Shown here piece after piece: positions 1-9,161 of a stretch of DNA of 64,000 nucleotides. The notes under the pieces are model-generated. The model saw only the letters and a program-made list of their open reading frames with translations. It did no database searches and had not been told where the DNA came from. The first letter of the stretch is position 1, and each line of letters starts with the position of its first letter. The stretch is from Dehalococcoidia bacterium. GTDB taxonomy: Bacteria; Chloroflexota; Dehalococcoidia; Lucifugimonadales; UBA3495. The stretch lies in the NCBI GenBank assembly GCA_965243255.1, contig CBDEUH010000004.1:766979-830978 (forward strand), read 5' to 3'. The position numbers and the translations under genes are program-made.

Positions 1-655
1 GGATGGTATCGGGATGCAGCGCTTTCTGGAGGGGCAGGCCCTTGTCGTAGAAGAAGGCTTCGGTGCCCTCGGCGGCGGTGGCGGGAACGCCCTCGTCCCA
101 GCCCTCGGCACGGATGTGGGTGGCGCGTCCGGTGAGGCCGGCCTCGTTGAGGATGGCGGCCAGGGGAACGCCGGTCCACTCGCTGCCGGACAGAATCATG
201 CGCTCCTGAGTGCGAGATGGGCGAGGGCCCTCGCCCTTGAAGTATTCGAAGTAGGTGGCGTCGCTGCCGGAGCACTCCATGACGGTGCGGACGGAGCGAG
301 ACGGGAAGCGACGGACGTCATCATAGGAGAGGCGCAGGGGCTTCTTGACCTCGCCGTCCACGGAGAGGGACCAGTCGGTGGCGGAGACGGTTTCGGGAAC
401 GCCGAAATGCTGAACCACGTAGTGCAGTTCGGTGGGCGTAATCAGCCCTTCCAGTTCCATGACCGGGGTGCGGACGCGCTCGGTTTTGCCGTCGGGTCGC
501 TGGAGGGTAACGGGCTCGACTTTGCGATGGGGCCACCCGTACCAGTCATCCGTGTTAGCGTCGGAGTCCGAGGCTTCGGCGCCGTTCATTTGGAGAAAGT
601 CGGGGCGGGCGGCGTCGCCATCCTGGGTTTGGGACTGGTTTTGCGGGGTAGTCAT
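1..655 (-). CDS. sulfite oxidase-family molybdopterin oxidoreductase (N-terminal 218 codons; gene runs off the left edge)
   Basis: Absent from the ORF track because there is no stop in the window. My own translation from ATG at 655 gives MTTPQNQ...GLITPTELHYVVQHFGVPE...RSVRTVMECSGSDATYFEY...SEWTGVPLAAIL. The ITPxxxxYVxxHF entry motif and the MECSG Mo-ligand cysteine loop are typical of the SUOX fold. The sense-strand track ORF 14..1042 is Gly/Ala junk over this span. Confidence 0.7.
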   Translation of the reverse strand, partial: MTTPQNQSQTQDGDAARPDFLQMNGAEASDSDANTDDWYGWPHRKVEPVTLQRPDGKTERVRTPVMELEGLITPTELHYVVQHFGVPETVSATDWSLSVDGEVKKPLRLSYDDVRRFPSRSVRTVMECSGSDATYFEYFKGEGPRPSRTQERMILSGSEWTGVPLAAILNEAGLTGRATHIRAEGWDEGVPATAAEGTEAFFYDKGLPLQKALHPDTI

Positions 656-793
656 CGGGCAAGCGCCTCCTGGGATGATGCTGGCCGGCCTGAGCCCGGC
701 GAGGTAAAGACTGCGCGTGCCAGTTTCCCACGCCGGCGGACGGAGGGCAAGGGTTATAGGGGAGGTTTGGTACAATGCCGCCGAGAGGCGCTG

Positions 794-1042
794 ATGACTT
801 CGCTGCACATCATTGTTGAGATTACCGAGCAGGTGCCCACGGGGCGCACCGAGTGGCGGGTGGATTGCGCCGAATGCGGGTGGTACGACATCTTCGACGA
901 CCGCCGCCGGGCCGAGGATGCCACGACCCGGCACATGAGCGCCTCCCACCGCGACCAGCCCGCCTACAACCGCATCACGCAGACGCTGCGGATTGAGCCG
1001 AACCCGGAGGAGGGGGAGTTGGTGGATTTAGCCGGGGAGTGA
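794..1042 (+). CDS. hypothetical small protein (82 aa, one CxxC)
   Basis: Only the last third of track ORF 14..1042 reads like protein (MTSLHIIVEITEQVPTGRTEWRVDCAECGWYD...). ATG at 794 is preceded by GAGAGG and an extended -10-like TGgTACAAT (768..776). No family recognised. Confidence 0.4.
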   Translation: MTSLHIIVEITEQVPTGRTEWRVDCAECGWYDIFDDRRRAEDATTRHMSASHRDQPAYNRITQTLRIEPNPEEGELVDLAGE

Positions 1043-1049
1043 AATCGGC

Positions 1050-2666
1050 TCAGTCGGCGGCGTATTTAGCGCCCAGTTCGGTTTCCCAGCGGAGGTAGTG
1101 CTGCATATCGGCGTAGGTGCGGTCGGGGCCGCTGAAGACGATGTCGGCCGGGGTGCGCATCACGCCGGATAGTCCTTCCTCAACGGGCAGGCCGGCGGCG
1201 CGCCAGGAGTTCATTCCTCCATCCAGCGTGGCGACGTTGGTGTAGCCCATTTCCTGCAGGGTGGCCGCGGCCAGCAAGGATTGGCGGCCGTCGCCGCAGG
1301 TTACGATGACCCGAGCGTCGGCGGACGGCAGGTGGTCTCCAGCTTCCCATTCCAGCCAGCCCCGGGGCGTCCAGCGGGCGCCGGGGACGTGGCCGCGGGC
1401 AAAGTCGCGGCTGGTGTCAACGAAGAGGACGGTTGCGGATGAATCGCCGTGGGCATCCTGAGGGGATACAGCGGGAACGGACTGGCGGGCATCGCTCAGC
1501 AGCTGCGGCTCGCCGGCGCCGCTGATGGAGCCGTCGAAGAGGGCGGCCACGCTGGAGCCGGATTCGAGAGGACGGCCGGCAGCGGCCCAGGCGGGAACGC
1601 CACCGTCCAGGGCGTACACCTCCTGGTAGCCCAACTGGCGATACCAGGATGCGGTGAGGGTGGCGCGGGCTTTACCGTCGCAACAGAAGACGATGGGCGC
1701 GTTCTTGACGACGGCGACGTCATCGCTGCGCTGGACGCACTGGCCGCCGGGGAACCAGCGGAAGCCGGCAATCCGGCCGGCGTCATACTCCTCGGCGGTG
1801 CGAACGTCGATGAAATAGACGCTCTCACTGCGGCTGCGGTCAATGAGAGCATCCAGGCCGTTTACGTCGAGGAAGCGCACGCCGTCTTCGGCAGCGCAGC
1901 GGTCGGCGTAGGCTTCGGCGGCGGCGCGGCCGGCGTCGGAAACGCCGGGCAGCTGGTCGCGGTCAGCGCCGGATTCCAGTTCGTAGCCGGCCAGAACCCA
2001 GCCGGACGTGCCGTTTTTGAGGCCGACGACCTCGCGGTCCAGACCCATGCGCTGCAGGACGCGGGTGCCGATGATGCTGCGGGTGCGGCCGGCGCAGTTG
2101 ACTACGACGGTGGTGTCCGGGTCGAGGTCGGCGGTAACGTCGGTGATGCGCAGGGCCAGTTCGCCGCCGGGCAGGCTGCGTCCGCCGGGGATGCAGAAAC
2201 GGCGGTACTCCTCGGGAGTACGAGTATCCAGGATGACCATCTTGTCGCCCCGCTCCATGCGAGCGTGGAGTTCCATGGCATCGATTTCGGGCACGTGGTG
2301 GACCACTTCCATCTTTTCGCCGAAGTCCTTGCTGGGGACGTTGACGCCCCATTCGGTGGGATGGTCCAGGCTCATCCAGCGATTGACGCCGCCATCCAGC
2401 CAAGCCACGTTGGAAAATCCCATCTGCTGCACGGTGTGCACGGCGCGGGCTACGCGGCGGCCATCATCGTCGCACAGCACGACCAGGGTGGACGGATGGG
2501 GAACGGCAGCAGGCAGGTCGAACTCCAGCGTACGGCGGGGGATCAGGCTGCTGCCGGGGATATGGCTGGCGTTGTATTCGCCGGGTTCGCGAACGTCGAT
2601 GAGGGCGAAGGGCGTGTTGCCGTCGAAGAGTTCAAGGAGGTGAGCTGGGGTGATTGGCTGGGCCAT
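1050..2666 (-). CDS. four-domain rhodanese-like sulfurtransferase
   Basis: Track ORF. Four tandem rhodanese modules each keep an active-site-loop Cys (LCDDDGRR, NCAGRTRS, FCCDGKAR, TCGDGRQS). GAGG lies 7 nt before the ATG. It starts 13 nt downstream of the cupin gene on the same strand. Confidence 0.85.
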   Translation of the reverse strand: MAQPITPAHLLELFDGNTPFALIDVREPGEYNASHIPGSSLIPRRTLEFDLPAAVPHPSTLVVLCDDDGRRVARAVHTVQQMGFSNVAWLDGGVNRWMSLDHPTEWGVNVPSKDFGEKMEVVHHVPEIDAMELHARMERGDKMVILDTRTPEEYRRFCIPGGRSLPGGELALRITDVTADLDPDTTVVVNCAGRTRSIIGTRVLQRMGLDREVVGLKNGTSGWVLAGYELESGADRDQLPGVSDAGRAAAEAYADRCAAEDGVRFLDVNGLDALIDRSRSESVYFIDVRTAEEYDAGRIAGFRWFPGGQCVQRSDDVAVVKNAPIVFCCDGKARATLTASWYRQLGYQEVYALDGGVPAWAAAGRPLESGSSVAALFDGSISGAGEPQLLSDARQSVPAVSPQDAHGDSSATVLFVDTSRDFARGHVPGARWTPRGWLEWEAGDHLPSADARVIVTCGDGRQSLLAAATLQEMGYTNVATLDGGMNSWRAAGLPVEEGLSGVMRTPADIVFSGPDRTYADMQHYLRWETELGAKYAAD

Positions 2667-2679
2667 GATGGAACCTCGG

Positions 2680-3267
2680 TTAGCAGTTGTCGTACTTTTC
2701 GGTAATCATCTGTTTGATGGCGCCGGTTTCCAGGTCGTAGCGGACGCGTTCGAGGCCGCGCAGGTCGTTTCCGTACACGTGGATTTCCACGGTGGGGCGG
2801 TCGGTGAAGTTGTCCATCTGGTGGATTTCGTCGACTTCTGGGATGAGCAGGCTGATTTCGCCGGGCTTGACGACGGCGGAGCGGTCGCGTTCCAACTGGG
2901 CCCAGTCGTCGCGTTGGTGGTCGTCCACGCGTCGGAAACGGGTTTCGGTGAGGGCGTTGTCCATGACGCCAATCATGCCCCAGGTGCGATGGTCGTGGGG
3001 CGCGGCGTGATCGCCAGGGCCCCAGACCACGGCGGTGACCAGCAGGCCGCTGTCGGGGCTGTGGTGGAGCAGCCAGGAGCCATGATTGGCCCGGCGGCCG
3101 GCGCCCACGGGCTGGCGGAACCGCTGGGGTATGGCGTCGGGGTTGGCGATCAGACGGGACAGGTGGTCTGAGCCGCGGTCAAAGATTTTCTCGTTGTTGG
3201 GCTGGGTGGCCAACAGGTCTTCCATCTCGTGAACGAAGTCGTCCAGCGTGTATTTGACGGCTACCAT
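2680..3267 (-). CDS. cysteine dioxygenase type I-like cupin (thiol dioxygenase family)
   Basis: Only the last 195 codons of track ORF 2680..5397 look like protein (MVAVKYTLDDFVHEMEDLL...). AGGAGG lies 5 nt before the ATG at 3267. Cupin metal motifs are GPGDHAAPHDH and EIHQM/EIHVYG. The rest of the 905-aa ORF is antisense to the SBP gene. Confidence 0.7.
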   Translation of the reverse strand: MVAVKYTLDDFVHEMEDLLATQPNNEKIFDRGSDHLSRLIANPDAIPQRFRQPVGAGRRANHGSWLLHHSPDSGLLVTAVVWGPGDHAAPHDHRTWGMIGVMDNALTETRFRRVDDHQRDDWAQLERDRSAVVKPGEISLLIPEVDEIHQMDNFTDRPTVEIHVYGNDLRGLERVRYDLETGAIKQMITEKYDNC

Positions 3268-3429
3268 GGGGTGCCTCCTGGGGATTTTTTGATGGTGGCA
3301 GTTTAACTGCCTGAGGCGTACTGAGGCAAGCCGCTGCCGGTTCCCGGAGTATGCGGGAGGGCCGATGGCGGAATTCGTCAGTATCACGCTTTGCAATATC
3401 GCAACCGGTGAATAATGGGGATAATTGCG

Positions 3430-3458
3430 TTGACATACGAATCGCCATCGCCTAAATT
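3430..3458 (+). promoter_or_regulatory. sigma70-like promoter for the first ABC operon
   Basis: TTGACA (3430..3435), 17-nt spacer, TAAATT (3453..3458), about 85 nt upstream of the SBP start. Confidence 0.4.
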
Positions 3459-3543
3459 GGCGGAACAAGGCGAATCGGCGCGCGGCGACGATAAGAGCGT
3501 CGGTGCGGAATGATATGACCGATGTCGTCGGAGGAGGCGCAAA

Positions 3544-5388
3544 GTGATTACGGTTTATGCCACACGATTGTTGCCACTGTCCCTGCTGACCCTGGCGTTG
3601 GCGGCGCTGATGGTGGCGGGGATCGCTTGCGGCGGCGCCGGAGAGCCGGCAGCCGACAGCGGCGATTCGGGAGGAGGATCGGCAGCCACCACCGGCACTA
3701 CGCAGTCCTCCGACAGCGGGCCGGCCGCTACCGAGGTGCCGGCGGCAGCGCCGGCCGCGACGGAAGCTCCGGCGATGGAAGCCATGGACTCGGACATTGA
3801 CCTGTTCACAGTGATGGTAACTACCCAGGGCAACGAGCTCTTCAACTCGAAGTACGCCGCGGGTGAAAACAACCTCTGGCACCGGCTTGCCCAGGTCTGG
3901 TTGGTGGGCGGCAGTTTGACGGACGGGAGCCTGGTGCTGGACCCTGAAACGGGCATCGCCAACAGGTGGGAGATAGTTGATGACGGCCTGGCTTGGGAGT
4001 TCACCATCCGGCCCGGCATCCAGTTCCACAACGGTGAAGTACTCGACGTTGACGACATCCACTTTAAGGCAACCTGGGCCATCACCGAGGAAGCGGCGGG
4101 TGTGTCCACCGTGCGTATTGCCCGGGAGATAACCAACCGAGAGATCACCGGCCCGGACACCTATAAGTTCACCTTCAAGGAACCAATGGCGTTCTTTGGC
4201 GCTGCGGTGTCGGAAGTTGACAATACCGCCATCGGCACCGTTATATCCTGGGACTATTGGCAGAGCCTGCCGCTGGGTCAGACCATTGAAAACTGCACTC
4301 CAGTGGAAGTGTGCCAGCAAGCGGAAGCCTTTGAAGAAAACCCTGATCCCGGCCTTCCGGGCCCCTACAAGGTGGCCAGCCATCGCTATGAGGAAGAGAT
4401 CCTGTACGAGCGGTTCGAGGACTATTTCCTGCGCCAGGAAAGGCCCTTCCCGTTCAGACAGATTTCGCTCCGCGTAGTCCCGGAACTCTCCACCCGCGTA
4501 GCGGCGTTGCAGGCCGGCGACGTGGACATCATCGAAGCCGACAACACCGTGGTCGGGCAGATCCAGGACGCCGGCGGGCGCATTGTGTACGCTCCCGAAT
4601 CGGTGCACATCTGGATTAACGCCAACGGGTGCAACCGGATGACCGACAACGACGGTCTGCCGATTATGTGCCACGACCTCCGGGTGCGTCAGGCGCTGGA
4701 CTACGCCATCGACAAGACGAAGATCCAGGCCCTCTACGGTGGTTCCGACGCCTTCGAGATTGACGGAATGCACGGAATCGGCAGCCCCTCTGGGTTGGGC
4801 TTCAGGCCTGACTTGGGTCCGCTTCCCTACGACCCGGACAAGGCCAAGCAGTTGATGACCGAGGCCGGTTACCCGGACGGAGCCGGCTTCAACGAGGGTC
4901 GCGTCTTCCCCATCCACACCTGGACGGGCGCGGGCGCTCCCCTCACGGTCGAACTGTCCACACTGATCTGCCAGAGCTGGAAAGAAGTGTTGGGCATCGA
5001 ATGCGAAGTGAACGTCGGCGAGGAAGTGAGCCTGAAGGAAGTGCAATACGCCGGCGAGATCGCTGGGCAGTACCTGGTGCGCACCAACGAGAACACCTAT
5101 GACGGTGGCCGCCGGATGCTGGGCCGCTACGCTCGCGAAGGCGCCTACATCGCGTACGACACGGACATCGCCGCAAAGGTGCTGGCCGCCGGCGCGACCA
5201 TTGGGACCCAGGAGGAGCGGCACCAGGCTTACTACGAGGCGCTGCGGACCATCCACGACAAACACTACGACTTCACCCCCGGCTTCCTGAACCAGCCTTA
5301 CGGCGTCAGCGATCGGGTGGAAAGTTGGACTCCGTGGCCCCTGGCGCCGTACATGAGCGCCCTGTGGACGGTGGACATCAGCCAGTAG
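3544..5388 (+). CDS. ABC transporter substrate-binding lipoprotein, family 5 (peptide/nickel type)
   Basis: Track ORF. GTG start 6 nt after GGAGGAGG. Signal peptide with lipobox-like MVAGIAC-GG, then a Gly/Ser/Ala/Thr linker. The body resembles DppA/OppA/NikA-type binding proteins. Confidence 0.85.
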   Translation: MITVYATRLLPLSLLTLALAALMVAGIACGGAGEPAADSGDSGGGSAATTGTTQSSDSGPAATEVPAAAPAATEAPAMEAMDSDIDLFTVMVTTQGNELFNSKYAAGENNLWHRLAQVWLVGGSLTDGSLVLDPETGIANRWEIVDDGLAWEFTIRPGIQFHNGEVLDVDDIHFKATWAITEEAAGVSTVRIAREITNREITGPDTYKFTFKEPMAFFGAAVSEVDNTAIGTVISWDYWQSLPLGQTIENCTPVEVCQQAEAFEENPDPGLPGPYKVASHRYEEEILYERFEDYFLRQERPFPFRQISLRVVPELSTRVAALQAGDVDIIEADNTVVGQIQDAGGRIVYAPESVHIWINANGCNRMTDNDGLPIMCHDLRVRQALDYAIDKTKIQALYGGSDAFEIDGMHGIGSPSGLGFRPDLGPLPYDPDKAKQLMTEAGYPDGAGFNEGRVFPIHTWTGAGAPLTVELSTLICQSWKEVLGIECEVNVGEEVSLKEVQYAGEIAGQYLVRTNENTYDGGRRMLGRYAREGAYIAYDTDIAAKVLAAGATIGTQEERHQAYYEALRTIHDKHYDFTPGFLNQPYGVSDRVESWTPWPLAPYMSALWTVDISQ

Positions 5389-5399
5389 GCAACGCAACG

Positions 5400-5427
5400 G
5401 TTGGGGTCGGTTGCAACCGACCCCAAC
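5400..5427. repeat. perfect 28-nt palindrome (hairpin) between SBP and permease genes
   Basis: GTTGGGGTCGGTTGCAACCGACCCCAAC. I paired every position 5400-5427 around the centre at 5413/5414. No T-run follows. Confidence 0.8.
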
Positions 5428-5468
5428 GAATATAGTTGCCGTAGCTTTGCCCAGAAGGATATGACCTG

Positions 5469-6386
5469 ATGCTCCGTTTCACCGCAGCCCGCATCGGCCA
5501 GTCGATCATCACGCTGATAGTGCTCAGCGTGGTGGTGTTCTTCGGGTCAGAGCTGACCGGAGACCTGGCGCTTTCGCTGGCCACGGCGGACACGACACAG
5601 GCCGAGCTGGAAGAAATCCGGCAGAAGCTGGGGCTGGACCGGCCGGCCCACATCCGGTACGCGCGCTACATGATCAATCTGGCGCAGGGGGACCTGGGCG
5701 TCTCGGGCACCAGCCGGCGCCAAGTCAGTGAGATGATGGCGGAGCGCATACCTCCGACGTTGCAGTTGGCTGCGGTGGGGTTGTTCATCGCCATGCTCAT
5801 CGGCATACCGTTAGGAGTGGTGGCGGCGGTCAAACGCAACACCATATTGGACCAATTGGCCAAGGTGTTCGCCATCATCGGGATGTCCGCGCCTCAGTTC
5901 TGGGTGGCGATCATGCTGATCATGTTCTTCGGAGCACAGTTGAAATGGCTGCCCACGTACGGGCGCGGCGGGATTGATCATTACATCCTGCCGGGAATTG
6001 CCATATCGCTGTTCGTGATGGCGGGATTCATGCGGCTGACGCGTTCCAGCATGCTGGAAGTGCTGGACAGCGAGTTTGTGAAATTCGCCAGGATCAAGGG
6101 GCTGCAGGAGCGGCTGGTAATCTTCAAGCACGCACTGAAGAACGCCATCATACCCGTGCTGACCTTCGGCGGCGTGAGCTTTGCCGGGTTGCTGAACGGG
6201 GCTATCGTGGTGGAGGTGGTGTTCGCCTGGCCAGGACTGGGCCGCCTGATGCTGGACGCGATCCGGGAACGGGATACCGTGGTCATCATGGCGACCATCC
6301 TGACTTCCGGCTTCATATACATCTTCCTGTCCACGGTGGTGGACATTCTGTACGCCTACGTGGATCCGCGGATTCGCTACCAGTAA
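5469..6386 (+). CDS. ABC transporter permease (DppB/OppB type)
   Basis: Track ORF. Multi-TM with the conserved cytoplasmic loop FVKFARIKGLQERLVIFKHALKNAIIP. Confidence 0.9.
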   Translation: MLRFTAARIGQSIITLIVLSVVVFFGSELTGDLALSLATADTTQAELEEIRQKLGLDRPAHIRYARYMINLAQGDLGVSGTSRRQVSEMMAERIPPTLQLAAVGLFIAMLIGIPLGVVAAVKRNTILDQLAKVFAIIGMSAPQFWVAIMLIMFFGAQLKWLPTYGRGGIDHYILPGIAISLFVMAGFMRLTRSSMLEVLDSEFVKFARIKGLQERLVIFKHALKNAIIPVLTFGGVSFAGLLNGAIVVEVVFAWPGLGRLMLDAIRERDTVVIMATILTSGFIYIFLSTVVDILYAYVDPRIRYQ

Positions 6387-6397
6387 AGGAGTCCAGC

Positions 6398-7291
6398 ATG
6401 GCAGTACAGACGGCGACAACGACCCCGGCGCTGAGCAATGCCCGTCGCATGATGGACCAGTTGCGCGGGATGCGCGTACCGTGGATACCGGTGGTGGTAT
6501 TGCTGGTGTTGCTGGTGTGCGCGCTGTTCGCGCCGTGGCTGGCGCCATACGACCCGCAGGAGCCGGACGTGCTGAAGGGCGTGCAAAGGATTGCGCCCTT
6601 CGAGTCCAGGGAGAACCCACTGGGCGTTGACCTGCTGGGTCGGGACATCCTGAGCCGGCTGGTTTACGGGGCGCGCATCTCGGCGTTCATCAGCCTCATC
6701 TCGTTGGGGTTCGGGGCGCTGGTGGGCACGGCCCTGGGCGTGGCGTCGGGCTACCTGGGAGGCAAGATTGATGCCATCCTGATGCGGGTGTGCGACGGCG
6801 TGATGGGGTTCCCCACCATTCTACTGGCGCTGATTATCGTGGCGATACAGGGCGGCGCCGGCATTCAGAACGTGGTCATCGCCATCATGGCGACGGTGTG
6901 GGCGCGGTTCGCGCGGCAGGTGCGGGGCGAGGTGCTGAGCATCAAGGAGCGGGACTTTGTGACGCTGGCCGTGGTGGCCGGCGTGCCCAGCCACGTCATC
7001 ATGTGGCGGCACATCTTCCCCAACGTGGTGAACACGGTGCTGGTCATCATCAGCCTGCTGGTGGGGCAGACGATTCTGCTGGAAGCGTCGTTGAGTTTCC
7101 TGGGCGTGGGCGTGCCGCCGGGCGAGCCGGCGTGGGGCATCATGGTGTCGGAAGGGCGTAACAACCTTCTGGACCTGTGGTGGCTGTCGCTGATGCCGGG
7201 GCTGGCAATTACCATCGTGGTGATGGCGCTGAACCTCTTTGGCGACTGGCTGAGGGACACGCTGGACCCGCGGCTGCGGCGGACGCGGTAG
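6398..7291 (+). CDS. ABC transporter permease (DppC/OppC type)
   Basis: Track ORF. N-terminal OppC-like segment and loop DFVTLAVVAGVPSHVIMWRHIFPNVVN. No ATPase gene follows. Confidence 0.9.
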   Translation: MAVQTATTTPALSNARRMMDQLRGMRVPWIPVVVLLVLLVCALFAPWLAPYDPQEPDVLKGVQRIAPFESRENPLGVDLLGRDILSRLVYGARISAFISLISLGFGALVGTALGVASGYLGGKIDAILMRVCDGVMGFPTILLALIIVAIQGGAGIQNVVIAIMATVWARFARQVRGEVLSIKERDFVTLAVVAGVPSHVIMWRHIFPNVVNTVLVIISLLVGQTILLEASLSFLGVGVPPGEPAWGIMVSEGRNNLLDLWWLSLMPGLAITIVVMALNLFGDWLRDTLDPRLRRTR

Positions 7292-7369
7292 AGGGAGAGG
7301 GCGTTTCTGGCTGATATACTCCCGTGCAGGAAACCGCGTGGTAAGCGCGGATGCTCGGAGGCAGTCCCC

Positions 7370-8416
7370 ATGGCCGATTCCATCAAGATCTCAATGCGCG
7401 TGCCGGGCACGTCGCCGATGCCGGAGCTGCTGGCGCTGATCCAGAAGATAGAGGACGCCGGCTTTGACGGGGCCGGCATCCTGGACAGCCAGATGATATG
7501 TCGGGACACGTTCGTGACCATGGGGTTGGCCGCCAGCGCCACCAGCCGACTGCGGCTGTTTCCGGCGGTTACCAATCCCTTCGGGAGGATTCCGTCGGTG
7601 CTGGCCGGAGCGGCGCAGACGGTGGCGGAGATTGCGCCGGGTCGCACCAAGTTCATCATCGGCACGGGATACACGTCGGCCAGCACGATAGGACGGCGGC
7701 CGGCGACGCTGCGGCAGATGCGTCGCTGCATCATGGAGGTCAAGGCGCTGCTGGCCGGCGAGTCGGTGGACTATGGCAGGATGACGAACCGGCTGGATTT
7801 CGCGGGCGTTGACGGCGGGGCCGGTGTGCCGGTGCTGATGGCGGCGTCGGGGCCGCGTTCGCTGGAATTGGCCGGCGAGGTGGCGGATGGCGCGCTGGTG
7901 CTGGTGGGCTACACGCCGGGCATCGTGGGCAAGGCGCTGGAGCATCTGGGAATCGGGGCCAAGCGCAGCGGCCGGACGCTGGACGATCTGGACGTGGTGT
8001 TCGCGGTGCGGACGTGCGTGTCGGACAACAACGACGAAGCGCGGCGGTTGGCCCGGCCGGTGTCGGTGCACTGGGCGCTGCTGTGGGGCGGGCCCAACTG
8101 GCTGCCGTACTCGGACATCGAGCTGCCCGACTACGAGATTCCGCAGGCGGTGCGGGACGTGTATCCCGACCTGGGGCACGCGCCCAACTGGGAGGAGGCC
8201 ATCGAGCTGACGCAGTTCGTCAGCGACGACGTGAACACGCAGCTGTGCGATGCCATGGGGCTGGTGGGCACGCCGGAGCACTGCACGGAACGCATCCGGG
8301 AGATGGCGAAGCACGGCGTGAACCAGATTTACCTGATGCCTTGCCTGACCTTCGCGCCGCCGGAGGCCGAGGTGCGGGCGTTCGGGGAGCGGATAATACC
8401 GGCGCTGGCAAATTAG
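7370..8416 (+). CDS. LLM-class (luciferase-like) flavin/F420-dependent oxidoreductase
   Basis: Track ORF. GGAGG before the ATG. TIM-barrel LLM pattern (GFDGAGILDSQ..., LFPAVTNPFGR..., GTPEHCTERIREM). Confidence 0.8.
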   Translation: MADSIKISMRVPGTSPMPELLALIQKIEDAGFDGAGILDSQMICRDTFVTMGLAASATSRLRLFPAVTNPFGRIPSVLAGAAQTVAEIAPGRTKFIIGTGYTSASTIGRRPATLRQMRRCIMEVKALLAGESVDYGRMTNRLDFAGVDGGAGVPVLMAASGPRSLELAGEVADGALVLVGYTPGIVGKALEHLGIGAKRSGRTLDDLDVVFAVRTCVSDNNDEARRLARPVSVHWALLWGGPNWLPYSDIELPDYEIPQAVRDVYPDLGHAPNWEEAIELTQFVSDDVNTQLCDAMGLVGTPEHCTERIREMAKHGVNQIYLMPCLTFAPPEAEVRAFGERIIPALAN

Positions 8417-8820
8417 TCCGGCCGGCTGTTGGAGCGCAGCAGGGTGATGCCCTCCCAGGCGAGGACGGCGACGGCGGCTGGGTCGAGATACTGCCACAAG
8501 GTAACGTTGTCTTCGGCGTGGGGCACGAAGAACAGCAGCGAGTTGTGCAGGAACAGCATCAGGATGAATGCGGCGACGACGGTGATGGCGTCGCGGGGAA
8601 GTTGTCGGAGGTGAGCTGAAGGGTCGCGCCGAACGCGGATGGAATCGACGACGTTGACCAGGACGGTCAGGGCGATGACCACAACGACGAGGCTGTCAAC
8701 CACGTTCCAAGCGGCGTCGGGGAAGTCGGCATAGGCAGCGCTGACGTAGTAGGCTGCCAGCAGCACCAGGGCGACGAGGAGGGAGAGAGCGCCGAGGGGT
8801 TGGCGCAGGGTGTCGAGCAT
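8413..8820 (-). CDS. hypothetical integral membrane protein (about 4 TM)
   Basis: Track ORF. GGAGG lies 7 nt before the ATG at 8820. Four hydrophobic stretches. No family recognised. Confidence 0.6.
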   Translation of the reverse strand: MLDTLRQPLGALSLLVALVLLAAYYVSAAYADFPDAAWNVVDSLVVVVIALTVLVNVVDSIRVRRDPSAHLRQLPRDAITVVAAFILMLFLHNSLLFFVPHAEDNVTLWQYLDPAAVAVLAWEGITLLRSNSRPD

Positions 8821-9161
8821 GGTGTGGCCTCCATGTTGTGTGTCATTAATGGGAAGGATATACGAGATGACTTGGCGTTGTCCTGTTTCTCGTGTTAGGC
8901 AGCGCGAAGTTCCAGAAAGCGGGGCCGGCAGCTTGCGTGGCGGACTAGGTTAGCTCAATAATGGCGGCGTCACTTTAGGCTAGGGATTTCGTATGCAGAG
9001 CATCAGATCGCCATGGGCGGCTACGTTTGACCGCTTCTCCAGTTCAGACGGCGACCCGTGAGGCAGGTGTGTTATCTTTGGAGCAAGGGGGTTTGGGGGC
9101 GCCGGTTGGTATGGTTTCGGAGAATCGGCCAGTTAACCTGAACCGCAGTATGGAGAATGGA

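Noticed and set aside
14-793. N-terminal two-thirds of the 342-aa + strand ORF 14..1042
   Set aside because: It translates to Gly/Ala/Val-rich junk. It lies exactly antisense to a well-formed SUOX-family coding sequence starting at 655 on the minus strand. Only the part from the ATG at 794 looks like protein.
1449-2705. 418-aa + strand ORF (and 2008..2643, 1963..2403)
   Set aside because: Antisense shadows of the rhodanese gene. Ala/Gly/Val-rich composition and no recognisable motifs.
3268-5397. Upstream 710 codons of the 905-aa minus-strand ORF 2680..5397
   Set aside because: Antisense to the clearly real SBP gene (signal peptide, family-5 body). Arg/Gly/Pro-rich junk. The real gene is only the last 195 codons (the cupin).
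5811-8497. Long minus-strand ORFs 5811..6620, 6865..7743 and 7391..8497
   Set aside because: Antisense to the permease and LLM genes. His/Arg/Pro-rich nonsense typical of high-GC reverse frames.
8821-9161. 340-nt gene-less, AT-richer stretch considered for a tRNA, RNase P, SRP or other structured RNA
   Set aside because: No tRNA cloverleaf or T-loop (GGTTCGAATCC-like) and no conserved RNase P/SRP motifs were recognised. Only short ORFs are present. It is left unassigned.
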